Positions 16,600 through 24,793 of a stretch of DNA of 28,154 nt are shown here, piece by piece. Both the position numbers and the translations under genes were made by a program. Under the pieces are notes generated by a model. It worked only from the letters and a program-made list of their open reading frames with translations. It was not told where the DNA came from and did not search any database. The number at the start of each line of letters is the position of its first letter. The first letter of the stretch is position 1. Source of the DNA: Elusimicrobiota bacterium (GTDB lineage Bacteria > Elusimicrobiota > Elusimicrobia > Elusimicrobiales > UBA9959); assembly GCA_027340875.1 (NCBI GenBank), contig DAIENX010000101.1, positions 1-28,154 of the forward strand, read 5' to 3'.

Positions 16600-17723
16600 T
16601 GCGACGCAGGACGAATCTGCTTTTCGTGATAGAGAACTCCGCCTACGGCGGCGGGGAGAAGGTGTTCTCCCAGCTGATACGCTCGCTCCCGCAGGAGAAG
16701 TTCGATATCTGCTGCGCTTCCCGTCCGACGGGCCGCTTCTACGGGGAGGTCAGGGACTTCTGCCGTTTCCTTCCGCTGGACCTGTCCAGCAGGTTCAACC
16801 TCCTGAACGTGCCGCGCCTGAAGGCGATGATGCTGGCCAACGGCATAGACATAGCGCACAGCCAGGGCGCGAGGGCCGATTTCTATTGCGCCCTGGCCGC
16901 CGCCCGGGCCGGGGTGAAGTGCGTCTCCACCGTGGCGATGCCGGTGGAAGGCTTTGACGTCGGTTTCCTGAAGAAAAGGCTGTACATGCTGCTCGCGGCC
17001 TTCGCCGCCCGCCGGACCACGGCCGCCGTCACCGTGTCCGGGGCGCTGGAGCAGCAGCTGAAAGGCCGGTATCCCTCGGTGGAGCTGATCCGCAATCCGG
17101 TGGACCTGGCAGAGTTCGATCCGTCTAATTTCGACGCCACCGCCGTGATAGAGCGTTTCGGTCTCCGCGGCCGGCTGGTGTTAGGGGCGCTGGGCAGGCT
17201 GGAATGGCAGAAAGGTTACCCGGACCTTATAGCGGCCATCGGCATTCTGCTGGAGAAGACACCGGGCCTCAGGGAAAAGCTGGTCTGTCTCATCGCAGGG
17301 ACGGGCAGCCTTGAGAAGCAACTGCGAGCCCGGGCCGCCGCGGCCGGCGTAGCCGGCAACGTGGTCTTCTGCGGGGAGATCTCTAACGTCAGGGATCTCC
17401 TCAGCGCTATCGACATTTTTGTGATGCCTTCGCTGAGGGAGGGGCAGCCGCTGGCGCTGCTTGAGGCAATGGCCATGGCCAGGCCTATAGCCGCTTCGGA
17501 TATCCCGGGAATAAACGATACCGTGGTCCCCGGGGAGAGCGCCGTCCTGTTCAAGGCTGGCGAGCCGGCCTCCATGGCCGGGGCGCTGGACCGTCTTATC
17601 TCGGACAGGGCTTTGGCGGCGGGACTGGGCCGCGCGGCCCGCGCCGCGGCCGAGAAGGCGGGCCTTCCCGCCTATATCGCGGCGCATGAGGAATTCTACC
17701 GGCGGCTTACGGAGGCGCGCTGA
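16599..17723 (+). CDS. Glycosyltransferase family 4
   Basis: TGATG-coupled start at 16599 (MRRRTNLLFVI...YGGGE); LGRLEWQKG; DIFVMPSLREGQPLALLEAMA. Confidence 0.93.
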   Translation: MRRRTNLLFVIENSAYGGGEKVFSQLIRSLPQEKFDICCASRPTGRFYGEVRDFCRFLPLDLSSRFNLLNVPRLKAMMLANGIDIAHSQGARADFYCALAAARAGVKCVSTVAMPVEGFDVGFLKKRLYMLLAAFAARRTTAAVTVSGALEQQLKGRYPSVELIRNPVDLAEFDPSNFDATAVIERFGLRGRLVLGALGRLEWQKGYPDLIAAIGILLEKTPGLREKLVCLIAGTGSLEKQLRARAAAAGVAGNVVFCGEISNVRDLLSAIDIFVMPSLREGQPLALLEAMAMARPIAASDIPGINDTVVPGESAVLFKAGEPASMAGALDRLISDRALAAGLGRAARAAAEKAGLPAYIAAHEEFYRRLTEAR

Positions 17724-20647
17724 TGTGCGGCATCTGCGGCTTCGCCGGGCTTAAGAACGACGGCCTGCTCAAGGCGATGAACGCGTCGCTGGTCCACAGG
17801 GGCCCCGACGAGGACGGCTTCTTCTCTGAGGAGGACCGCGTCTCGCTCGGCATGCGGCGGCTGAAGATCATAGACCTGGCCACCGGCTCTCAGCCGATCT
17901 TTAACGAGGACCGCAGCGTGGCGGTGGTCTTCAACGGCGAGATCTACAATTTCCGGGAGCTCCGGAAGGACCTGGAGGCCAAGGGCCATAAGTTCCGCAC
18001 GAATACCGACACCGAGGTGCTGGCGCATCTTTACGAGGAGCATTACGAGGATTTCCCGAAGCTGCTGCGCGGTATGTTCGCGTTCGCGCTGTGGGACGCG
18101 AAGGAGCGCAAGCTGCTGCTGGGGCGCGACCAGTTCGGCATAAAGCCGCTCTACTACGCGGTCTCGGGCGACAAGCTCTATTTCGCTTCGGAGCTAAAGG
18201 CCCTGCGGCTGGTGTCCGGCCTCTGCGCGGCGCTCGATCCGAAAGCTCTCGATTACTATTTCACCTATCTCTACATACCGGCCCCGCTGACGGCGTATTC
18301 CGGCGTCAGGAAGCTGGAGCCGGCCTCGCTGCTGCGCTTCCGCAACGGGACCGCGGCCGTAGAGCGCTATTGGGAGCTGGAGCCGGAGCAGAACTCCGGC
18401 AAGCCGGAGGAATTCTACGTAGAGCGTATACGCGACCTGCTCTCGGAAAGCGTCAGGGAGCAGCTGGTCAGCGACGTGCCGCTGGGCCTGCTGCTGTCGG
18501 GCGGCATGGATTCCGTATCGCTGCTCTCCTTCATGGCGCGGCACGCCGGTTCCGGGGTCAGGACCTTTACCGCCTCTTTCGGCGGAGGGGGAGGCTTCGA
18601 CGAGAGCGCGCTCGCGGCGGCCGCGGCCGGGCATTTCGGCGCCGAGCACAAAGCCGTGCGGGTGGAGGCCGACATCGGCGCGCTGATCAGGAAGCTGGCG
18701 GGGCACTTCGACGAGCCTTTCGCGGATTCCTCGGCGCTGGCCACCTACCTGGTGACGAAGGCCGCCCGCTCGGGCGTGACCGTGGCGCTGGCCGGCATAG
18801 GCGGCGACGAGCTTTTTGGCGGGTACCCGCGCCATCTGGGCGCGCGGCTGCTGCCGGCCTGGCTGAAAGCGCCGCGGGCGTTCAGGCGGCTGGCCGGCGG
18901 GGCCGCCTCGCTGCTGCCCGAGAGCCGCTCCTCGTTCAACCTGCCGGGCCGGTTCAAGCGCTTCCTCCGGTCGGGAGCGGGCGGTTTCGGCGAGGCGTAC
19001 AACTCCTGGATCTCGTACCTGGGCCCGGAGGAGAAGAGGTCATTTTATTCCGGAGCCCTGCTGGCCGAAGCCGCCTCCGGCGGGGCGTCGCTGCCAGGCC
19101 TGCCGGAGGGCCCCGACGATATCTTCGGCTTCGAGCTGGGTTCGTATCTCCCAGACGACCTGCTCTGCCTGGCCGACCGCGCCTCGATGGCCAACTCGCT
19201 GGAGCTGCGCGTGCCTTTTCTGGATACCAGGCTGGTGGAATTCATGGCCGGTATCCCGCTGGCGGAGAGGACGCGCGGCTTCCGGCTGAAATACCTGCTG
19301 CGCCGCGCGATGTCGGACCGGCTGCCGGCCGAGATACTCAACGCCCCCAAACACGGCTTCCAGGTGCCGCTGGCCGAGTGGCAGGAGAAGGGGCTCAAGT
19401 CCTTCACCGCGGAGGCGCTCTCCCCTGACAGGGTAAGGCAGGCCGGCGTCCTCTCTCCGGAAGGCGTCAGACGCATGCTGGCCGAGCACGCCTCCGGCAG
19501 GCGCAATCTCTACGACAGGATCTACGCCGCCTCGGTGTTCCATCTCTGGCTGGAGGACAGCCGGCACAACCCGCCCGCCACCATCTCAGCGCCCTGGAGC
19601 GTGGAAGGAAAGCGGAAGGTCCTGTTCGTGAATCTGGCCGGCATGGGCGACATGGTGATGATGACCCCGGCAGTAAGAGCGCTGAAGGCCTCGTATCCGG
19701 GAGCGGTACTGGAGACGCTGTGCCTGGAGCGCGGCCGTTCCGTAGCGGAGGGGGTGCCCGGCATAGATAAGGTGCATTCCGTGCCGATGTGGGGCGCCAC
19801 GCCGGGGCCGCTGGACCTGCTGCGGCTGGTCCTCAAACTGCTGGACCTGCGCAAGGAAGGCTACGACGCGCTGGTGAATTTCAGCCTTGTCTCCTCTTTC
19901 GGAGGGCTTCTGAAGGTAAGGCTGATCAACCTGCTGGTCGCTCCCGGTTTCTCCGTCTGCAGGATACTGAGGGGGCTGGGTTCCGCCGGCGACCATGCGC
20001 TCTTCGAGGAGAAGGCGGCGGAGGCCAGCGAGGTGGAAATGACCGGCCGCCTGCTGCTCCCGCTAGGCGTGGAACTGCGGGATACCGGGATAAAGTTCGT
20101 TCCGTCGGAAAAGGACATGGCGAAGGTTTCCGGGGACCTGGCCCGGCGCGGTCTTTCCGGCCGTCCCGTCATCGGGCTCAATCCCGGCGGCTTCCGGCCG
20201 TCGAGACGCTGGCCGGCCGAAAAGTGGAAGGAACTGGCCGGACTGCTGAAGAAAAGATACCCCGGGGCGCTTATTCTGGTGACCGGCTCGGCTGCCGAGG
20301 CCGGCCTGGTGAACGGCATAGCCGGGGCCGGCGGGGCGCACGCCGTCGTCGGGTATACCGTGCCGGAGAGCGCCGCGCTGTATTCCCTGATGGACGTTTT
20401 CATAACCAATAATACCGGGCCGATGCATCTGGCGGCGGCGGTCGGGGCCAGGACGGTCTGCATCTTCGGCCCCGGAGACCACGTGCGCTTCGCGCCCTCG
20501 GTGCCGGAGAAGAGGCGCCGCATACTGAGCAAGGGGGCTCCCGATTGCGAAACCCCGTGCGATAAGCCCGAATGCGACACTATGGCCTGTTTCGCCGCGA
20601 TCCCAGCTCATGACGTCCTGGCCGCCGCAGAGGAGCTGCTGGGGTGA
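17723..20647 (+). CDS. Fusion protein: AsnB-type glutamine-dependent amidotransferase (N-terminal ~610 aa) + glycosyltransferase family 9 domain (C-terminal ~345 aa)
   Basis: MCGICG Ntn nucleophile, HRGPD, FNGEIYNF, LLSGGMDS, GIGGDELFGGY, SLELRVPFLD; then, with no stop, VLFVNLAGMGDMVMMTPAVRALKASYP, IGLNPGG...RRWP, NNTGPMHLAAAVG...IFGP. Confidence 0.9.
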   Translation: MCGICGFAGLKNDGLLKAMNASLVHRGPDEDGFFSEEDRVSLGMRRLKIIDLATGSQPIFNEDRSVAVVFNGEIYNFRELRKDLEAKGHKFRTNTDTEVLAHLYEEHYEDFPKLLRGMFAFALWDAKERKLLLGRDQFGIKPLYYAVSGDKLYFASELKALRLVSGLCAALDPKALDYYFTYLYIPAPLTAYSGVRKLEPASLLRFRNGTAAVERYWELEPEQNSGKPEEFYVERIRDLLSESVREQLVSDVPLGLLLSGGMDSVSLLSFMARHAGSGVRTFTASFGGGGGFDESALAAAAAGHFGAEHKAVRVEADIGALIRKLAGHFDEPFADSSALATYLVTKAARSGVTVALAGIGGDELFGGYPRHLGARLLPAWLKAPRAFRRLAGGAASLLPESRSSFNLPGRFKRFLRSGAGGFGEAYNSWISYLGPEEKRSFYSGALLAEAASGGASLPGLPEGPDDIFGFELGSYLPDDLLCLADRASMANSLELRVPFLDTRLVEFMAGIPLAERTRGFRLKYLLRRAMSDRLPAEILNAPKHGFQVPLAEWQEKGLKSFTAEALSPDRVRQAGVLSPEGVRRMLAEHASGRRNLYDRIYAASVFHLWLEDSRHNPPATISAPWSVEGKRKVLFVNLAGMGDMVMMTPAVRALKASYPGAVLETLCLERGRSVAEGVPGIDKVHSVPMWGATPGPLDLLRLVLKLLDLRKEGYDALVNFSLVSSFGGLLKVRLINLLVAPGFSVCRILRGLGSAGDHALFEEKAAEASEVEMTGRLLLPLGVELRDTGIKFVPSEKDMAKVSGDLARRGLSGRPVIGLNPGGFRPSRRWPAEKWKELAGLLKKRYPGALILVTGSAAEAGLVNGIAGAGGAHAVVGYTVPESAALYSLMDVFITNNTGPMHLAAAVGARTVCIFGPGDHVRFAPSVPEKRRRILSKGAPDCETPCDKPECDTMACFAAIPAHDVLAAAEELLG

Positions 20648-21465
20648 GCGCCTGTCCCGTATGCGGCGGCGCGGCCGGCGAGTACCTGCACGGTCTTGAG
20701 AGCTGCGGGGCCTGCGGGCTGGCGTTTGCGAACGAGAAATATCTCGGCGCGCCTGTCTACGCGCCCGGCATTGAGGACGATATCTATGTTTCGGCCAAGG
20801 AACGGCTTTTCGAAGAGGCGTTGGACCGGCTGGAGGAGCTGCGGCCCGCAAAAGGCGCGCTGCTGGACGTAGGGTGCGCCGGCGGCGAGCTGCTGAAAGC
20901 CGCAGCCGCGAGGGGCTGGCGCGCCTCCGGGGTGGAGCCGGACCCGGAGCTGGCGCGGAAGGCGAAAACGGCCGGGTTCGAGGTGAGCCCGCTGTCGGTG
21001 GAGGAGGCTATGCTGGACAAGGCCGCCTTCGATGCTATTACGGTCTTCGAAGCCTTCTGCCTGATGGACAAGCCCGGTGCGGTGCTGGCAGAGCTGTACA
21101 GCCTGTTGAGGCCGGGCGGCGTTATCTATATCCGCGAGTTCAACGCGGCTTTCCACCTGCCGCTGGCCCGGCTGGCGTCCGCGGGCCTCTTCCGCCCCCT
21201 GGAGATGAAGCCGTCCGTGCTTCATAATTTCAATTTCCGCGAGCGCACGCTGCGCTTCATGCTGGAGCGGGTCGGCTTAGGGAACATAGTCGTACGCAAT
21301 TCGCGGCCTACCCGGGGCGATCCCTATCGCACCGGCGGCCGGCTGGGCGGATTTCTTACAGGCCTGCTCAAAGTTCTATACTATTGGCTGGCCCAGGCGG
21401 TCTGGGCGGCGACTTTAGGCCGGGTCTTCATAGGGTCGGCGCTCATAGTGACGGCGAGGAAATGA
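20644..21465 (+). CDS. Class I SAM-dependent methyltransferase with N-terminal CxxC...CxxC domain
   Basis: GTGA-coupled start; CPVCG...CGACGL; LLDVGCAGG; GVEP; LLRPGG. Confidence 0.9.
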   Translation: MSACPVCGGAAGEYLHGLESCGACGLAFANEKYLGAPVYAPGIEDDIYVSAKERLFEEALDRLEELRPAKGALLDVGCAGGELLKAAAARGWRASGVEPDPELARKAKTAGFEVSPLSVEEAMLDKAAFDAITVFEAFCLMDKPGAVLAELYSLLRPGGVIYIREFNAAFHLPLARLASAGLFRPLEMKPSVLHNFNFRERTLRFMLERVGLGNIVVRNSRPTRGDPYRTGGRLGGFLTGLLKVLYYWLAQAVWAATLGRVFIGSALIVTARK

Positions 21466-21466
21466 A

Positions 21467-22141
21467 TTGAGAGCGGCTATACATCAACTGCAGTACTGGC
21501 CCGGCCTGCGCTTCTTCGCGAAGATGCGGCGGGCGGAGCTCTTCATCTACCTGGACGACGTGCAGTTCGAGAAGCGGGAGTTCCAGAACCGCAACCGCGT
21601 CCGCACGCCGCGCGGCTGGCAGTACCTGACCGCGCCGGTGGTCTCCAAGGGCAGGTTCTCGCAGAGGATAAACGAGGTGGAGCTGGACAATTCGTCGGAC
21701 TGGCGGGCGGACCACCTGCAGGCGATAAAGCTGAACTATGCGCGCGCGCCGTTCTTCAAGGCGCATCTGCCGGCCCTGGAGGCGCTGTACGGGCGCGATT
21801 ACCGGCTGCTGGCGGACCTGGCCATAGCCACTATGGACTTCCTGAAGGAAGGGTTCGACGTCAAAACGCCGGTGAAGTTCTCCTCCGAGTTCGGCGTGCG
21901 GGAAGCGTCCAGCGCCAGGCTCGCCAGGCTCTGCGCGGCGGCCGGAGCGGACGAATATCTCTCCGGGGCCGGGGCGAAGGCCTACCTGGACCCGAACGTT
22001 TTCAGCTACGCCGGCATAAAGCTGGCCTGGCAGGAGTTCGAGCCGCGCGAGTACCCGCAGGCCTTCCCCGGCTTCGAACCGGACATGTCCGCGCTGGACC
22101 TGCTTCTTAACTGCGGGCCGCGCTCGACGGAATGGATATAA
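21467..22141 (+). CDS. WbqC-like family protein (polysaccharide modification)
   Basis: AIHQ..Y..G, FIYLDDVQF, QNRNR, NYARAPFF, YLSG.GA..YLD, YPQ...F.P.MSALDLLLNCG; TTG start with GAGGA upstream. Confidence 0.9.
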   Translation: MRAAIHQLQYWPGLRFFAKMRRAELFIYLDDVQFEKREFQNRNRVRTPRGWQYLTAPVVSKGRFSQRINEVELDNSSDWRADHLQAIKLNYARAPFFKAHLPALEALYGRDYRLLADLAIATMDFLKEGFDVKTPVKFSSEFGVREASSARLARLCAAAGADEYLSGAGAKAYLDPNVFSYAGIKLAWQEFEPREYPQAFPGFEPDMSALDLLLNCGPRSTEWI

Positions 22142-22142
22142 T

Positions 22143-22862
22143 ATGAACCGATACATCTCCCAAGCGATAGCCGAAATGGACAAGGTGAACGTCTCGCGCC
22201 TGGAGCATCCCGGCTCCTGGGCCCTGGACCCCGCTTCCTGCCGGTTCCTCGCCGCTTTCGCCAGGTCCCTTGACGCGAAACGCATACTGGAGTTCGGTTC
22301 CGGTTTCTCCTCGCTGATGCTGGCCCGCGAGATCTGCGGCGAGGCCGAGAATTACCTGCTTTCCATAGACGATTCCCCGCATTATTCCGCGCTGGCAAAA
22401 GAGGCCTTCGAAACCTCCGATTGCAGCGCCAAGGTCGAATTCAGGGTAGCGCCGCTGAGACCGAAACTCTACGGCACGCGCCTGCTGCTTTCCTACTCCC
22501 TGCCCAAAGGGCTGCTGGAGGCCATGGGGCCTTTCGACCTGGTGCTGATAGACGCGCCGCATCACGACTACGGCAGGGAGTCTGTCTTCTATGACGCGTT
22601 CCCCGCGGTGGCCCCCGGAGGCTATATAGTGCTCGACGACGCCAACCGCGCGGACATGGAGAAGGCCTACGTCCGCTCCTGGCAGGCCGCCTACGGATAG
22701 GCCATGGACCCCATACTCCTGGACGGCATAGGCAACGGCCTCTGCGTCATCGAGAAGGTCTCGGACGCGGCCCCTTCCTATAAGAAGGCCGGTTCCTTTA
22801 CCACGGCCCTCAAGACCGCCCGCAACTTCGCCCGCTTCCTGGCCCGCCCCGCGGACCAGTAG
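22143..22862 (+). pseudogene. Class I SAM-dependent methyltransferase (Methyltransf_24-like) interrupted by an in-frame TAG at 22698-22700
   Basis: ILEFGSGFSS, FDLVLIDAP, GGYIVLDDANR; the frame continues after the TAG for 53 codons (AMDPILLDGIGNGLCVIEKV...) to TAG 22860-22862 with normal GC3 bias. Confidence 0.7.
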
Positions 22863-22917
22863 GTCCTCTGTCCCGGGAGGTAGGTCCTTTTTTTATATAT
22901 TTCGGGTCCCACGGCCC
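22862..22917. promoter_or_regulatory. Three helically phased GGTCC direct repeats upstream of the PLD gene
   Basis: GGTCC at 22862, 22883 and 22905 (spacing 21 and 22 nt); TAGGTCCT is exact at 22860 and 22881. Confidence 0.4.
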
Positions 22918-22946
22918 TTACGGGGCCGCGCCGGTTCCGCTAGACT

Positions 22947-24644
22947 ATGGGTATGGTACACAGAACCCACGTCTACGACCTCAAAATACTCAATCTTCTG
23001 CTCTTCGGCTTTTTCGCCATCTTTTTCGCCTGCTTCGCCGAACTCAGCTACGGCCAGCAGGCGCTGGGCCAGCTGGGCGCCCAGGCCGGCCCCGGGGCCA
23101 TGTCCGCCGCTCCGGCCGTACCGAAGCCGGCCGCGGGCATGGAGCAGGACAAGGCCGCCCTCATAGCGGCTTTCAAGGAAAGGCTGGTCAAGCAGGTCAC
23201 CTCGAACTGGAACCATCCCTCCAGGATAGACGACGCGATAGTAAAGGAACTGGGGCAGGCCTACCAGCAGGGCATACTGGAGCCGGTCATAATCGGCGTG
23301 CTCAGCGATCCCCGCCTGAAGAAGCTTTTCCCGGCCGGCGCCAAGATGAAGCCGGAAGAGGCCGCGCGCGTTTTCTCGATGTACGTGGGCGCGGAGCTGG
23401 AGTCCAGCGGCAACGTGCCCGGCGTGGCGGCCGTGGAGAGCTGGGACGAGATGACGGCCCGCCACCTGGCCCTCACCAGGCCCGGCGCCCCGGTATCCTC
23501 CGGCAGGGCCTTCCTTGACGGCGTGGCCGCGGTGCAGAACACTCCTTTTTCCGCTGGCAACCGCATAGAGCCGCTGGTGAACGGCGAGGCCTCCTTCCCC
23601 AAGCGCGCCGAGCTGATGCGCTCCGCCAAGAAGAGCATCTTCCTGACCACCTGGGCCTTTTATGACGACGAGACCGGCCACCACACCGCCGACATCCTGA
23701 AGGCCAAGAAGAAGGAAGGCCTGGACGTGCGGTTGATGATAGACAAGGACACGGCCGGCCTCTACGACAAGGGGATCCTCGCCGAGATAGCGGCAGCCGG
23801 CATCCCGGTGCTGCGCTACCAGCCGCAGGGCAAGGAATATTACGAGTTCCACTCCAAGATACTGATAGTCGACGGCAAATACGCGGTGCTGGGCGGCATG
23901 AACATCGGCAACGAGTACTCCCACATGGCCGGCGAAGAGCGCTGGCGCGACACCGACGTGCTGGTGCAGGGTCCGGCGCTAAAGGACGCGATGCGCTTCT
24001 TCGCCGAGGCCTGGAACGCGCAGGCGGCGGTTGACGGCCTGGCGCTGCGCGCCAATGCCGCCGATTACGACGGCGCCCCTGCGGGGGCCGCGGACGCCTC
24101 CATAGTCTGGAACAACCCCGGCCAGGAGCCCTATATACTCCTTTCCATGCTGCGCGCCGTCTACGGCGCCGAGAGGCGCATCAACATAGAGAACGCCATC
24201 ATCGTGCTGATGCCGTCGATGAAGCAGGCCCTGCTGGACGCGCGGGCCCGCGGCGTGGAGGTCAACATCCTCTCCAATTCGCTCGAGACCATAGGCGACA
24301 AGATCATGAGCGCTATGATACTCGGCAGCTTCCCGGAGCTGGTGAAGGCCGGCGCCCACATCTACCTGAAGGAGGGCGGGCTGCCCAACCGCCTGCACTC
24401 CAAGTTCATGACGGTGGACGGTTCCTACGGCACCATAGGCTCCTTCAACCTGCAGCCCCGCTCCATACGCTACGTGCGCGAAATAGCGGTCAACTTCAGC
24501 GACCGCGGCGCGGTCTCCGCGCTGGACTCGGCCTTCGCCAAGGACATAGCCGCCGCCGACAAGGTCAACAAGGTCAAGGACCTGCACATACCGTACATGC
24601 CCATCAAAGGCCTGATCCACAACCTGATGTTCAACCAGCTGTAA
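22947..24644 (+). CDS. Phospholipase D superfamily protein (cardiolipin synthase-like, two HKD motifs) with N-terminal signal/TM and an extra domain
   Basis: HSKILIVDG...GGMN and HSKFMTVDG...GSFN; GNRIEPLVNG; WRDTDV. True start may be ATG 22953 (TAGACT-N6-ATG). Confidence 0.9.
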   Translation: MGMVHRTHVYDLKILNLLLFGFFAIFFACFAELSYGQQALGQLGAQAGPGAMSAAPAVPKPAAGMEQDKAALIAAFKERLVKQVTSNWNHPSRIDDAIVKELGQAYQQGILEPVIIGVLSDPRLKKLFPAGAKMKPEEAARVFSMYVGAELESSGNVPGVAAVESWDEMTARHLALTRPGAPVSSGRAFLDGVAAVQNTPFSAGNRIEPLVNGEASFPKRAELMRSAKKSIFLTTWAFYDDETGHHTADILKAKKKEGLDVRLMIDKDTAGLYDKGILAEIAAAGIPVLRYQPQGKEYYEFHSKILIVDGKYAVLGGMNIGNEYSHMAGEERWRDTDVLVQGPALKDAMRFFAEAWNAQAAVDGLALRANAADYDGAPAGAADASIVWNNPGQEPYILLSMLRAVYGAERRINIENAIIVLMPSMKQALLDARARGVEVNILSNSLETIGDKIMSAMILGSFPELVKAGAHIYLKEGGLPNRLHSKFMTVDGSYGTIGSFNLQPRSIRYVREIAVNFSDRGAVSALDSAFAKDIAAADKVNKVKDLHIPYMPIKGLIHNLMFNQL

Positions 24645-24667
24645 GGCTTTACGGCCGCAGGAACGAC

Positions 24668-24688
24668 GGGCCCGCTTCGGCGGGCCTT
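24668..24688 (+). terminator. Stable hairpin after the PLD gene (probable terminator)
   Basis: GGCCCGC-TTCG-GCGGGCC with a cUUCGg tetraloop, 24 nt after the stop; U-tract is weak (TT). Confidence 0.55.
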
Positions 24689-24793
24689 GCTGTCCGAACC
24701 CGCGAAACCACCCATCCTCACGTTCATGCCCCTCAATGAAGCTCCTTGGCGTTTTAAGGGGCGGCATTGTAGTATAATGAATTCCGGTTAGGT

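Noticed and set aside
22698..22700. Genome-wide TAG reassignment
   Set aside because: TAG ends several genes at sensible positions (119, 141, 3848, 5124, 7707).
5163..22862. PEP-CTERM/exosortase-associated EPS locus or ops/JUMPStart control
   Set aside because: No exosortase, PEP-CTERM tail or GGCGGTAG ops element was noticed in the window.
648..24767. Long antisense and alternate-frame ORFs (e.g. 2070-3770, 13172-15391, 18091-19428, 22893-23924)
   Set aside because: Shadow ORFs expected opposite GC3-rich genes; no recognisable motifs, and they overlap well-supported CDSs.
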